Assembly: GCF_009914755.1 (NCBI RefSeq)
Contig: NC_060930.1
DNA length: 64,000 bases
DNA from: the human T2T-CHM13v2.0 reference genome, Homo sapiens
Reading direction: 5' to 3' (one strand)
Every line of letters begins with the position of its first letter. Within the stretch, counting starts at the first letter, position 1. Positions 28,376-43,828 of the stretch are shown here, piece by piece. Below the pieces are notes generated by a model. That model saw only the letters and a list, made by a program, of their open reading frames with translations, had not been told where the DNA came from and ran no database searches. Position numbers and translations under genes: made by a program.

Positions 28376-29379
28376 CACCTCTTTATCTGCCAGGATGGCC
28401 ACAGGGGATCTAACCTATTGTTAAATGTCTACCCGACCTGGGAAGGAGGTTCACCCCATCTCGGTTACTTGCTCCACTGTCTCACCCGTAAACAAACCTC
28501 AGTCGGTGGATAAATGCTGCAGAGAATGGAGTCACCCATCCTCTAATTGCCAGCTGGGAAACCGGAGCACAGAGTGGTCAAGTGGCTTGTTCAAAGCCAC
28601 ACAGCAAGTGAGAAAGTAACTCAAAAGCCCTGTCCCTCAGCTCTAACGAATAAACAAACAGCTATGGTGCCACAGTCCCCACCACCCTGCAGGTCTTGCC
28701 AGGAAAGCTGAGCTATTCATCTGGGGAAGAGGTCCATGAGGGAAGAGACTCTAGATGTTCACAGCAGTGGGACTCCTAGGGGCTACACAGAGGAAACCAG
28801 CCAGGAAGAAAGGTTGTTTTTGTCAGCGGGAAGTAAATAGCAGTGACTCAAAGACACACGTGCTCTGAATCCTTTGAGCAGCCAGGGCCCATTTTTAGAT
28901 AGATGCTCTTTTGAGCCATAACCACACCCAGTGCCACAAGACGGCATTTGTCAACAGGAAGCCCATCCCTGTGATGCATCTTCTCTCCCTCCTGCTCTCC
29001 GCCAGGGGTGATTGCTGGGGGCCAGTGGGAACCAGAAACAAGGGGCTAAGCCACCAGACTGAAGGAGCCAAGCCAGCAATGACCTTCATGCCTCTGAGGA
29101 GGGCAGTTGTGTCCAACAGCCAGACCTCAGATTTTCCCAGGCCAGGTCTACCACGAAGGGGCCTGAAATAGCTCTGAGGTTCTATGCCCACGAGGCAAGG
29201 AAGGCAGGGGCAGGGACTGTGGGCAGTGGGAAAGAGCACAGTGCCACTTTGTTGGGGAGATGAGAAGCTCTGCCTCCACCAGACTGTGGCACCTGCCAGA
29301 GACATAGCTGAGCAGAGATGCTTGCCCATAGCTGGGCTCAGCTGAAAGAGAAAGTCATTTGTTAGGCTACGAAAAATGG

Positions 29380-30505
<1,126 letters not shown>

Positions 30506-30625
30506 TTTACAGCTATGACAAGGTTAAATAACTTGCCCAATTTATATAGCAAAATAATAACCAATTTCCTAACTTTGTCCTTTCTCACAACTGAGAAACT
30601 GTTATTATTTTGTGCAGGCTATAGA

Positions 30626-30925
30626 GGCCGGGCACAGTGGCTCATGCTTGTAATCCCAGTACTTTGGGAGGCCAAGGCGGGTAGATCACGACGTCAGGAG
30701 TTCAAGACCAGCCTGGCCAGCATAGTGAAACCCCATCTCTACCAAAAATACAAAAATTAGCCAGGCGTGATGGCGTGTGCCTGTAATCCCAGCTACTCGG
30801 GAGGCTGAGGTAGAGAACTGCTTGAACCCGGGAGGCGGAGGTTGTAGTGAGCCAAGATCACACCACTGCACTCCAGCCTGGGCGACAGAGCGAGACTCCA
30901 TCTCAAAAAAAAAAAAAAAAAAAAA
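30626..30925 (+). mobile_element. AluS (Sg-like)
   Basis: Full dimer with an A21 tail. Confidence 0.95.
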
Positions 30926-30926
30926 G

Positions 30927-31046
30927 AGCATGGATTGTAAAGCCAGACCGCCTGGAAAAACATGCATCTCTGCCCCTTACCAGCTGTGTGACCTAGGGCA
31001 AATTACTTAACCTCTCTGTGCCCCATTCTTCTCCTTTTAAATATGG

Positions 31047-31080
<34 letters not shown>

Positions 31081-31160
31081 AACAATAGCAGTATCTACTT
31101 CCTGGTGTTACGTGAGTTAAAATGTAAAGCCCTTTGGACAAGGCCTGGCACACTGAAAGT
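30927..31160 (+). mobile_element. MIR containing a (GAT)n expansion at 31048-31080
   Basis: ccagctgtgtgacctagggcaaattacttaacctctctgtgcc; (GAT)11. Confidence 0.8.
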
Positions 31161-32106
31161 GATCTGAATGGGTTTAGGGAAAAAATCTAAAACCTGGCCG
31201 ATCTGTAGCAGAGACCAGAACTTTATGCTTCTTCCTCCCTAGAGAGATCATGGAATCTCACAGGATACCAGGATAGAGAGCACTTTCAAAAGGGCCAAAC
31301 TACTGGAGGAAGAATGATAGGTGAACAGGTTAGAGAAAGGGAAAGCCAGCCACAAGGGGCAGGACCTCAGAAATCAAGTCTAGGGGGTGGAATGGCATGG
31401 GAGTGGGGAGAGAGCAGATGTTGCATAGGTAGGGGCTGACAATGGGATGCCCTGAACCGAAGGAGGGGAGACAGGCTTAGGAGCTCCTGTGTTCTAGCTC
31501 AGGAAACTGGGCCCCAGAGAGGGGAGTAACAGGATCTGGGGCTCACACCTCGTAGTGGCAGAGCTGGGGAAGTATTGGCAAGACTCCTGGTCCCATGCTG
31601 TACCCTGACAGGAATCCTCAGGATGTGGCTTCTGTTGCTATATAAATGAAAAACACCTGGTTACTTAAATGATGGGCATTATTAAAATGTTCTTTGAGGG
31701 ATTACCATTGCTTTCAATACTTTATCTCTTTCCCACACCATCTCTTGCCCCATAAATGGAAAGCTGTTATTGAAAGGAGACATATTACCTAATATTTATT
31801 GTTTCTTACAAGGCTGAGTGCCATGCTAGGAAATTTATGAAAACCAGTCAGGTAGGTTCTATTCCTATTCCCATTGTGCAGATGAGAAAAATGAGGCTTA
31901 ACAAGATTAAGGAGTTTGACCAGCGCTACAGCTAGTAAATAACAGGACAAGATTTATACTAGGTCCTTCTGTGCAGAGGTTGTACTGTTTATGCTGTACC
32001 AGTGGTTTCCAGAGTGGGTGCCTGTGCCCCAGGAGCTGAGTGGGAAGTAACATTAGAATGTCTATTTTTTATTTATCCTTTTTAAATCCCAATATTTTGA
32101 AAAGAT

Positions 32107-32280
32107 TTTTATTTCATTTTTTAGAGATAGGGTCTCACTATATTGCCCAGGCTGGAGTATAGTAGCTATTCACAGGTGCAATCATAGCTCACTGTAGCCT
32201 TGAACTCCTGGGTTCAAGCAATCCTCCTGCCTCAGCTTCCCGAGTTGCTGGGATTTCAAGTGTGTGCCATCCTGCCTGAC
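32107..32280 (-). mobile_element. FAM (fossil Alu monomer)
   Basis: Monomer retaining the 7SL/FAM segment gctattcacaggtgcaatc; TSD taaatccc at 32083 and 32281. Confidence 0.85.
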
Positions 32281-32357
32281 TAAATCCCTATTTTTTATGT
32301 AGATCTTATAATGTACCCAAAACATTAGCCCACTAGTTCATGTGTATGCAGACTCTA

Positions 32358-32810
32358 CAGGGTAGCCACACAACAGCCCACCCCAGCCCCACTTCCCTTG
32401 TTGCCTAATACTTACCCAGAATCCTTTGTGGCCAGTGAAGCCATGTGACCAATATAGCCAATGAGACATCAGGGCACATTCATCATAGGACAGACATTTT
32501 GCTTCCTAGGAAGGGGACAAGTGTCAGAGCATGAACGGCTGGCACTGCTGCCACCCCCATTTTCCTGCTGAAAAGGCAGATGCAATATTAACGTGTGATT
32601 TTGAAGGGACAGACTTAAGAACAAAAGTCAACACACTAAGGATGGAGGAACTTCGGAAAGCTGGAGAGAGAGCCCAGTCCTTAATGATATCCTTGATCTG
32701 ATGAAATGACCTCAGACCATCTTCTCCTTGATCTCTTTTAAGGTCCCAGTAAAGGTCCTCAGAGATCTAACAATTACTGCCTGGGCTTTCAGTTATTTGC
32801 AGTTTCATGC
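32358..32810 (+). mobile_element. LTR33/LTR16-like ERVL solo LTR
   Basis: gccatgtgaccaatatagccaatgagac...aagtcaacacactaaggatggagga...gtccttaatgatatc. Confidence 0.6.
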
Positions 32811-33371
32811 ATCCGGACTGACTAACAGGAAGGAGTCTATAAATGTGCATCTATTAGGGATGTATGGCCAGATTTTTTTACCGGGATGGATTCATGTGAT
32901 AGGGATCACAAAAATTTGAACTCTACCATTTTCTGCTGTGCTCTGGGGTATAGGGGGCTGATGAATGGGCCCAAAGTGATGAACTCTGTCTCAATCTCTG
33001 GAATGCTGGGGGAGTGACAGGGGGATTGGAAGTGTGGGTTTGTAAACTGGCTCTCAGAAGAATCCAATCTGTGCAAACGGCTAAGTGCTGCGAATTCTCT
33101 TGTTTTCCCCTGTTAGTTTTGCTTGGCTATAGAAACTCACAGAAGAAAGTGTGCCCTATGTCAATTCTCATTTTCCAGAACTCTCAGCAGGTTTAAAGGA
33201 CCCAGGAAGGTACCCTCCTGGGATAGCCCTTATGACCTGAGTCCAGCAGATAGAAACTATGAGAGCTGAGAACTATGAGGAGAGGGCCCTTTGCATTCCA
33301 TGCAGGTGAGTAGAAGGGGAACAGGAGACTGTGTGTCACCAGAAACAAGGTCCCTGCATCTGGAGAAATTA

Positions 33372-33810
33372 AACTGGGCTGCAAACGACAGAACAATCAC
33401 ATTGCAGTGGCTTAAACTAGATAGAAGTTTACTCTTCTGTCATGTAAAAGAAGTCTGAGAGTAGGGAATCTGGACAGATATGGTGACTTTCTGGTCATCT
33501 GAGACTCTGCCCCATCTATATTTCTGCTGTACCATCCTAGTGGCTTTTAACCTCAAAGTCACTGCATTGTCCAAGACAGTTGCTGTGCTCTAGCTCTTAC
33601 ATCTGAATTCTAGGCAATGAGGAAAGGTTAAAAGGGTCCATCCTTTCTACCCCTTTAAGAAGTTTTCCTGAGGTCTCTGCTTACATATTACTGACTGCAA
33701 GTAAGTCTGGGAATTTTCCTTTTGCCTGGGCACAATGCTGCCTTGAATACAGTTGAGGTTCTGTTGCTAAGGAAGAAGTGGATTTGGAGTGGCAACTAGT
33801 ACCTTCTGCC
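33372..33810 (-). mobile_element. MLT1J/K-type MaLR LTR
   Basis: gcagtggcttaaactagatagaagtttact...ggatttggagtggcaactagtaccttctgcc. Confidence 0.65.
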
Positions 33811-35174
33811 CTGGTCTCCAAAAGCAAGAGGCATCTTGGGTCAGAAGAGAGAAGATGGGACCAGAAATCAAAGGACATGCTCTAAGCTTGATGATGAGTC
33901 CATGACTTTGAGTGGGTCTCAGAACCTCACTGAGCCTCAGCCTCAAACAGAGTGCCGTGGGAGAGTCAAATGAAACGATGCTGTGGAAGGGCTTCCTAAA
34001 CCATTAAGCACTTTTCCCATGTAAGGAATTACTGTTTTTGCTACTGCTGTCATGAATAGTAAGAGTAGCTGGCTGTGCTCTCCAGGGAGAAAGGCAGAGG
34101 AGCCTGGAGGAGGAAGAAGGATGGCATTTCCTGGGACACATAAAAGAAGGAAGGAGATGCTGCTGCTTTAGCTATGCATGAGGAACACCTCTGCAACAGG
34201 GGTCTGTTCCCCCAGCGCCACACACCCACATCATGTAAACACCTACAGTCTGGCAAAGGCCCGTGCTGCCTGCTTCAGTCCTCAGGGCCCCAGACAGGCA
34301 GGCAAACAAACCCAACACTGTGGGGGAAGCCTAAACACCCTGGGGAGAGGGGAAAGGCTCCAGGAGCAGAAACCAAGGCCTGGGTCCCCACAGGGCCAAA
34401 ATAACCTGCTGATTGAGTCAATCAGAAAACAAGCTGGTCAAGCCAGTGGGGGAGAAACCGAAACCCCAGCCAGATCTATTATTTAGCAGTTTGCCACCAA
34501 GCAAAAATAAAAATTATCCCCTGCCCCCGACCCCAACCACGGGGTTGTTGGTGTCAGGCCTCACCTTGGGTCAGCCCAGGCCAAGTCAATGTTTCAGACT
34601 GGCTTTCTCCACAGCATCCAGGAGGGTGTCTGGGAGGCAGACTCCTGAGGTCAGGGGAAGGGGCAACTTCTCCTCTAGGCCTCTAGGCCCTAAGTCCTTG
34701 ACAGCAGCACCCCCAAGGGGCTGCAAACAGCCTGTTTCTGAATGAAGGTAGTGAGAGAGATCAGTGAGAGCCCAGGGGTGCACTTGAAGAGCTGTTATGA
34801 CACAATCCACCAACAAGTATGCTGAATGCCTACTCCCTGTCTGCAAGCCCAGGGTGATGGTGGGTTTCTGTTCCAGAGGCTGTGAGCTTGGGATCAGAGC
34901 CTCTCTTGATGCCAGTGTACCCCATTTCCCCTATGCCCCCCAGTGTGAGCTGTAGAAAGTCTGCTGTTTGGAGTCCAAAAACTAATTGGTTACAGCTCAT
35001 GGAGAGGCCTGGGGAGGGGGGAGTATGAATTACAAGCAGTGTAGAGAATAAGTCTTGTTTCACAGTCCCTTTGGCTTGGCACAGGTTAAGTGTGTATAAA
35101 TCAGGGTTCTGTAGCTTTACTTTCTAGTTTGCCATTCCCTTCACTCAAGACTCAAACCAGAACTTAAAAAAAAT

Positions 35175-36130
35175 GTTTTCTGGAAGTAAACATGTACAGA
35201 AAAGAACACACATTAGTGTAAAACAGCTGGAGAATTTCCCCAAAGTGCACACACCCAGGTCACAGCATCTAAATCAGGAAGCAGAACGTTGCCAACCCCA
35301 GAAGCCCCTTAGTGCCCCTTTCCAATAATTATTCCCCAAGGGTAACCCTGTCCTGACCTCTAGCACCATAGATTAGTTTTGTCTGTTTTGGAACTTTGTA
35401 TAAATGGAAGCATACAGGATGCCTTTTGTGTCTGGCTTCTTTCACTCAACATTATGTCCATAAGATTCACTCAGCTTGTTGTGTATGGTTGTCATGTATT
35501 CTCACAACCGGATAACATTCCAGAAGACACTTCATCCATTCTGCTATAGATGGACATCTGGGCTATTTCCATTTGGGAGCTACCACAAAAGTGCTGCCAA
35601 AAGCAGAACTTTCTTTTCACAATCAGATTCCATAGTCTTCCTTGAAAAGTGTTTTATTGTGGCGAAATATGTATAATATATATTCCGCCATTTTAACCAT
35701 CTTTAAAGTATACAATTCGGTGGCATAATTACATTCACAGTGTGTGCAGCCATCACCATAATCTGTTTCCAAAACTCTTTCATCATCCCAAACAGAAACT
35801 CTATATCCATTAAGTAATGATTCCCCATTTCTTGGTAACCTCTAATCTACTTTCTATCTCTATGAATTTGCCTATTCTAGATATTTTATATAAGTGGAAT
35901 CATACCATATATACACTTTTGTGTCTTCTTTCACTTAGCATAATGTTTTGAAGGTTCATCTGTGTGTTAGCATGGATCAGAACTTGATGCCTTTTTATGG
36001 CTGAAAAACATTCCCTTGTATGGATGTACCACATTTTATGTATCCATTCATCTGCTGATGAACATTTGGGTTGTGTCTACCTTTTGGCTGTTGTGAATAA
36101 TGCTGCAGTAAGCACTGTTGTATGCTTATC
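35175..36130 (-). mobile_element. L1ME fragment with an L1MB 3' end (about 35650-36130)
   Basis: catagattagttttgtctg; gccattttaaccatctttaaagtatacaattcggtggca...ctttcacttagcataatgttttgaaggttcatc. Confidence 0.8.
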
Positions 36131-36149
36131 TGTTTGACCCACAGACTTC

Positions 36150-36370
36150 TACTGAGGACTTGCTGTGTGTCATGAGCTGAGATAGGTACTCACCCATCCA
36201 CTAGTAAAATGTCATGTGAATGAAGTGGCATTATTATCCCCACGCTACAGATGAGGAAACGGAGGCTCAGAGAAGCCAAGGAACTTTCCTAGAGACATGG
36301 GGCTGATCTAAGAGGCTGAGGCCATGGCTCAAATCAAGACCTTTTGACCTCAAGTCCCTTATTCTTTCCA
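36150..36370 (-). mobile_element. MIR SINE
   Basis: attatccccacgctacagatgaggaaacggaggctcagaga. Confidence 0.7.
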
Positions 36371-37269
36371 TTACTCCCGTTTCTCTCTTGCAACCCTGGT
36401 CATGGAGGAAGTTAGAAGATTTTGGTTTACGACCTAGTTCTTGCTTTAGTTCCATGTAGAAAAATCTTTCCCTTGGAGCCACTAAACCTGGACTTGGACT
36501 TTCTGGAAGCATTTTCCTCTCTCCTGGCAAACAGCCCAGGACTAGGGAACAAGAGACACGTCTTGGCCCTCTTGACTCAGCCCTTAAACTAGTGCTCTAA
36601 TTTGGTTGTTGTTTTTTTTAAGCTACAAAGTTATGCCATACTCCTGCCCTCCTGCCACCAGCCTCCTGAGTGGCCCAGAGCTCAGGTTACATTTCTTAGT
36701 TTCTCTTTTGGTACAAAAAAACAAAACAAAACAAAAAAACAGAATTTCTGAGACCTAATTGGATTTTTACTCAGGGACACAGAGAGAACCACTGGACCCA
36801 AAGCATCCTCTTTCTCTTCCCTGTCACAATGTTTTGCTGAAAGACACCTACTGTGTGCGGGGTCGCCTGCAGTTTTGCTCTGGGAAGTGGTCACATGTGT
36901 GATACAGTCCCTGCCCTCAGGGCCTCCCTGTCGGGCTGAGGAGGCTGGACACAGCTATGGAAGCCTAATGATCAAGCCCATCAAGCAAGTGGGGTTCTAA
37001 CAGTACAGGAAGGCTGCACAGGGTTCTCGAGGGAGGGTGTGGCTGTGGAGCCCAGAGTTCAGCATGATGTTCCCTGGCAACTTCTGCCGAAGGCCCTTGT
37101 GATTCACCATGCAAATGTTTCTTGAGCGCTGGCAACGTGCCAGGCTCCTTGCTGGGCCCCAAGGAGGGAGCCACAAACACGGACAAATTCCAGGACCTGC
37201 TGGAGCTGTTCTCGGGCTCTAACGTGAGGCAAAACTGTGCACAAATCCTGGGGCACTCTGGACACTGAG

Positions 37270-37715
37270 CTCCGGACCCCGTGCAGGCGGTAGTCGCCTC
37301 TGCGCGGAGTAGGAGCTTTGTGGGCCTCCCACCCAGCATCAGGAGAATCAGGGCCCACGTGGCGGGCGAGGGATCTGAGACGCAGCCACCGGGCGCCCAG
37401 CTGGGGTCCCCAACCCCACCCCCAGCCTCGCTGTCCCGCTGTCCTCGCGCCGCGTCGCCTCCCCAGGCTGACAATGCGCCTTTCAGGGGCCTCCGCCCCC
37501 GCTGGAAAACCCCCGCGCGGTCTGTCTCCCGGGCGGCGGGCGTCTGCTTTCCTCGAGGTGAGGGATTCCGCGCCCCCGACGAGGTGCAGCTGCAAAGCGC
37601 CCGCAGGCGCCGGCCAAGCCGGGCCTGTCTGTGACTCACCGCCCGGAGCGCGAGTCTCCGGCCCGCGGACCCCAGGGGACCCCGGGGGCCCGCACCTCCT
37701 CCCCAGCTCGGGTCC
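37270..37715. promoter_or_regulatory. Small CpG island (candidate promoter/enhancer)
   Basis: About 450 bp of non-repeat, very GC- and CpG-rich sequence; CACGTG at 37356, GGAAAACCCC at 37504, TGACTCA at 37632. Confidence 0.75.
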
Positions 37716-37752
37716 AACACACTTTTAGAAGTTGCATAAATACATACATTCC

Positions 37753-37775
37753 ATATCATATATACATATATATAA

Positions 37776-37811
<36 letters not shown>
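37753..37811. repeat. (TA)n microsatellite
   Basis: Interrupted then pure AT repeat abutting the Alu poly-T. Confidence 0.95.
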
Positions 37812-38880
<1,069 letters not shown>

Positions 38881-39074
38881 TCCCCTTGGTACATCTTTAC
38901 ATGCTTTAAGCATAGAGATTCCCACTCACCCAGAATGGCTGGGGAAGGAGGTGCTTGGAGTTTATGGAAAGGTCTAGATAATAGAGAGTTCCCTCATCTG
39001 TTACACCCAATTATGAGCTTTCAAAAGATGAGACTATAAGCAGATATATGTATAGTAATAGTATAGAGAATAGA

Positions 39075-39260
39075 GTGGGCTTTGGGGTTACTTACAAGTT
39101 GTGTGCTATTGGATAAGTTATCTAATCTCTCTGAGCCTCAGTTTGCTCATCTGTGAAATAGAGATAATGATGATTGCGCCACCTGTCTCTTTACAGTTGT
39201 GGAAGAGCTTAGCAGTAATTTATGTAAATAACCTGAGACATCACAGATAGCCAATAAATG
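39075..39260 (+). mobile_element. MIR SINE
   Basis: ggataagttatctaatctctctgagcctcagtttgctcatctgtgaaat. Confidence 0.7.
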
Positions 39261-39421
39261 AAGTCAGGTATGATATGCATGGTTTAGGCTTTCCTCGGTG
39301 GTTAAACAGGCCTTTTGGAGGCCTAGGGTTAGCTTGAATGTCAGTCCACATTGCATGGGTCTGGGTGAAACTGGGATGATTTAAGTTTCCTGTGGACCTA
39401 GTGATCAGATTCACAGAAACT

Positions 39422-39565
39422 CAGGCTTCACAACTTTGGCACTACTCATATTTTGGGCTGGATAATTTTTTGTTGTGGGTGGGGCTGTCCTGTGCTTCAG
39501 AGGATGTTTCGTGGTACCCCTATTCTCCACCCACTAGATGTCAATAGCAGACAGACAGACAGACA

Positions 39566-39605
<40 letters not shown>

Positions 39606-39630
39606 AGTCAAAATGATTAAAAATGTGTCT
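39422..39630 (-). mobile_element. MER20 fragment containing a (CAGA)n(CA)n microsatellite (39548-39604)
   Basis: ttttgggctggataattttttgttgtggg...ggggctgtcctgtgc...cccactagatgtcaatagca. Confidence 0.75.
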
Positions 39631-41759
39631 TCCCTGAGGCTGTCCTTGAAATGCCCAGCCTGGACACAGGGAAGACCAGGGAATGCTGAACCCACCAGGT
39701 GCTTTCCCCATATGTAGGAGCTGCCATGTCTGCCCTCAAAGGTCCAACAGTCTAAGTGTCCTCAGGCTGAACACCCTGGACTTGTCATTGACTAATCGTT
39801 GATTCTTATTTCTCCAGCCAGTCAGCCACCACGACCTGTTGATTTTCTGCATTTAGAACCTCCTGCACCTACCTGTCTTTTTCTCTGCATCATTCTCAGC
39901 ATGGCACATAACCGGGGGCTTGGCAAGTGTGGGCACGATGCAGAGATGTTGGGAACTATTGTCAGGGATGCCCAGCTGGGCCAGGAGACACCACCAGGGG
40001 CCTTCCCTGGGGGTGGTAACAGTTTTCTTTTTTTTTAATCAGTTAGGACTCTTGTTTACCCTTTGTACCCAGCGCTAGCCCAGTGCCTGACACATAGTAA
40101 GCACTCAAAAATAATCTGGGGGTTTGATTAATCAATTGATTAATTAACTTGATACACACACACACATGCATGCATAGAGATGGCCTCTCTTTTTGCCGTC
40201 CATTCACATACACATTACCTTTCATTACAGAGACACCAGGTTACAAAGAAAACCCTTAAGAGTTTGCTGTTGACTTGAGCAGTGTCACTTGTAAGAAGGA
40301 CAAAATATGTATGTGGTCAGTTCGAATCCCAGGCCTGAAACTGGAAATAAACTAACCCCTTGTTGAAATCGCACAGGAAACCTGAAGGGAGGTGGGGGAG
40401 ACGGGTGGCAGGAAAAATGCCTGAGATCTTACACAACTTGTGCAAACAGAATGACAGGGCTAGGCAGCCCTGGGAGTCCAGGAATTAATAGCCCTGCCGA
40501 GGCTCCGGGGCTCTGGAGATGGAGCTATTTAAAGTCAAGAAATGTCATTTCCACCCACAGAGCCTGCCCCAGTTGCATTATCTGGAGCCTCTTCAGCCCC
40601 GGTGTTCTGGCAGCCTCCTGGCCTGACCTCCCAGTGGCGGGACCACGGGGCTCAAGGCCAACCTGTCATCACTGCTCTGTTGGGAGATTGTGGGGGGGTG
40701 GGGGGGGCTGACCTTAGCCTCTCCCAGTTCCTCCTCTTCCTCTTCTCTGCTCAGGCCCAGGACAAGCTGAGTGGACACTCAAGGCCCAGCTCACCCCTCT
40801 GCAAAGGCTACTGAGAGTACTAAGGTTGCTGCCCACATACAGGGGCCAGCCAGCCTGCCCAGCAGGGTAGGTCTGGGGTAGTGGATGGGGAGAGATGGGG
40901 TGTGGAGACATAGACCCTTGCCCACCAGAATCATACTCTTGTCCTGCTATATGACCTCAGGCCATTTGCTTAACCTCTCTGGACCCTCATTTCTTTACCT
41001 GGACTGGGAAATGAGAGTCTTCCTCTCCTTGCCCTATTTCTGGGGAAGGCCACAGGAGATCAGAGAAGGGATGTCTTTTGAACCTTTAGGAAGAAAAGCA
41101 CCATAGAAATCCAGGTATTACCTGCAGCTCCTCCTCCCCTCCCTTCCAGGCAAGGTAATCCAGGAATGCTTCCTCCGGAGGCAAGAAGGCAGGAAGCTGG
41201 CATTTGAAGTGTCTGTAGACTGTGGGCTGTAGACTGTGTGACAGAGCCATCCAGCCCCATGCTCCCAGGAGCTGAGGTTCACATTCTTGCCAGGCACCTA
41301 AGGCAAGAACTCCCTCACATCCTGTCTGCTCTGATCTTACATATCTGTTCTGGCTGATGTTGCTGCAGTTTTGGGGAGGTGGGGGACTTAGAAGCCCAAA
41401 CAATGTGCCAAACCAAGTTTTGCCCTGCAGGTGTCTAATGCCTGGGGATTGCTGGGCTTTTTTCCTGAAGCTGAGGAGAAAGCACAGTGGTGCTAAATGA
41501 GTTTCCAAGAGAGGTGTAATGAAATACCAGGGACACCCCAGCCCAAAGTCTTCCTGAACTCATTGCTGCTGCCACCCAAGGGGTAAAAGGGAGCTAGGAA
41601 ATGTCTTTTTTTTTTTCTTTAGGAAACAGCAATGGAAATGCAGCCTTCTACTCTCTTAAGCCCCCTTCTCTTGTCTTATCTTAGAACTTGCGTGAAAGCT
41701 ATGGATATTTTCCTCATTTAATTTTTTAATTTAATTATTCTAGACACACTAAAAGGTAT

Positions 41760-42430
41760 GTATCAGAATAGTCTAGATTATGCTGCAGTAAAAACCCCAA
41801 TATCTCAGTGGCTTAACACACACTTCTGCTTCTGCTACTTACTGCTTCTCACTTCTGCTACATGCCCTTTGTGGATGAGCAGGGGACTCTGACCATTGAA
41901 ATCACTTAGGGACCCAGGCTGGTGGAACAGCCACCATCTGAAGCACTGTCAGAAGCAAAAGAGATGCCGGGCACAGTGGCTCATGCCTGTAATCCCAGCA
42001 CTTTGGGAAGCCAAGGCAGGAGGATCACTTGAGGCCAAGTTCAAGACCAGCTTAGGCAACATAGCAGGACCCTGTCTCTAAAAAAAATTTTTTTAATTAG
42101 CCGGGTGTGGTGGTGTGCACCTGTAGTCTCGGCTACTCAGGAGGCTGAGGCAAGAGGATCACTTGAGCCCAGGACTTGGAGGCTGCAGTGAGCTGTAATT
42201 GTGCCACTGCACTCCAGTCTGGTGACAGGGTAAGACCCTGTCTCAAAAAAAAAAAAGAAAGGAATCTAGAGGGTCTCAAAAAGGCAGTTAATGCTCTAGC
42301 TCACAAATCATTGACCAGAACTAGTCACAGGGCCTCTCCCAACCACAGAAAACCTGAAATTACTATCCTACCAGGCGCTTGGAAGGGGAAGGACCCAGAA
42401 ATGCTTGGTGGACAACAGTAATGATGACCG
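41760..42430 (-). mobile_element. MLT1-type LTR interrupted by AluJ
   Basis: tatgctgcagtaaaaaccccaatatctcagtggcttaac; cattgaccagaactagtcacagggcc. Confidence 0.6.
41965..42258 (+). mobile_element. AluJ
   Basis: Dimer with J features (cttgagcccagga, ggaggctgcagtgagctg). Confidence 0.9.
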
Positions 42431-42439
42431 CAGAATAAA

Positions 42440-43010
42440 GAATTATATCACAGACACCGTGTACCTACCAACCTAGGAAATAACACTTTGCCAATACCAG
42501 GGAAGCCCTCTGTGTACCTGATGCAATCCCATCTCTCTGCTCTCCCCACGGAGGTGACCATTCTCCTGAATGTGATATTTGCCATTCCCTGTGTTTCTCT
42601 GTTTTACTATCTATTTCTCCATATTTACGATATGTAATAGTGTCTTGCATGTATTTAAAGACCATATAAGTGGTATCATACTGTATATATTCATCTGCAA
42701 CTTTCTTTTCTGATCTACTGTGTGTTTCTGAGAGCCACCCACATTGATGAGTGAAGCTGTGATTGGTTCTGTGCTGTATACAGTCCCTTGTGTGACTACC
42801 GTAATGTCCAGTCTCCATGTCAGCTGCTTCCAGCTTTTCATGATTACATACAGCACTGCCATGAACATTCTTATGCACCTACAAAACAGAGCTTCTTCAG
42901 AGTAAAGACTTAGGAGGGCATCTTCCTATTGATGACATATTGCCAAATAGCTCTCTAAAATGGTTTTACCAAGTCATTCCACATCCTCACCATCACTTGG
43001 TTATGTTTGA
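42440..43010 (-). mobile_element. L1ME fragment
   Basis: tatcatactgtatatattcatctgcaact; cagcactgccatgaacattcttatgca. Confidence 0.55.
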
Positions 43011-43051
43011 TGAGTGGGACATTCCCCGAAGGTTTTAATAAAGTTGAACTC

Positions 43052-43347
43052 TTTTTTCCTTTTGATACGGGGTCTCACTCTGTCACCCAGACTGGAGTGC
43101 AGTGGTGCAATCACAGCTCACTACAACATCTGCCCCCAGGCTCAAGTGATCCTCCCACCTCAACCTCCCAAGTAACTAGGACTACAGATGTGCACTACCA
43201 GGCTCTGCTAGTTTTTTTTGTATTTTTTGTAGAAACAGGGTTTCATCATGTTGCCCAGACTGATCTTGAACTCCTGGTCTCAAGCGATCCTCCCACCTCA
43301 GCCTCCCAAAGTGCTAGGATTACTGGCGTGAGCCACTGTGCCTGGCC
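43052..43347 (-). mobile_element. AluJ
   Basis: Diverged dimer; TSD ttgaactc. Confidence 0.9.
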
Positions 43348-43466
43348 TAAATTGAACTCATTAAGTCAGTTCATATATGTTTATCAAACACCATCTACGT
43401 ACCAAGCACACAACTAGAAGCTGAGGGTAATGAAGGGGGATAGAACTCAGTCTCTGCCCTCAGTGA

Positions 43467-43828
<362 letters not shown>

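Larger units (their letters stand above)
32000..32920. mobile_element. hAT-Charlie (Charlie4-like) remnant split by FAM and an LTR
   Basis: Starts cagtggtttccagagtggg; resumes with tataatgtacccaaaacattag and gatcacaaaaatttg. Confidence 0.45.

Noticed and set aside
40124-40148. 18-bp perfect palindrome attaatcaattgattaat
   Set aside because: AT-rich, lies at an L2-type tail, and is plausible by chance in 64 kb
40691-40708. G-run clusters (also 57771-57788) as G-quadruplexes
   Set aside because: Short, common motifs with no supporting context
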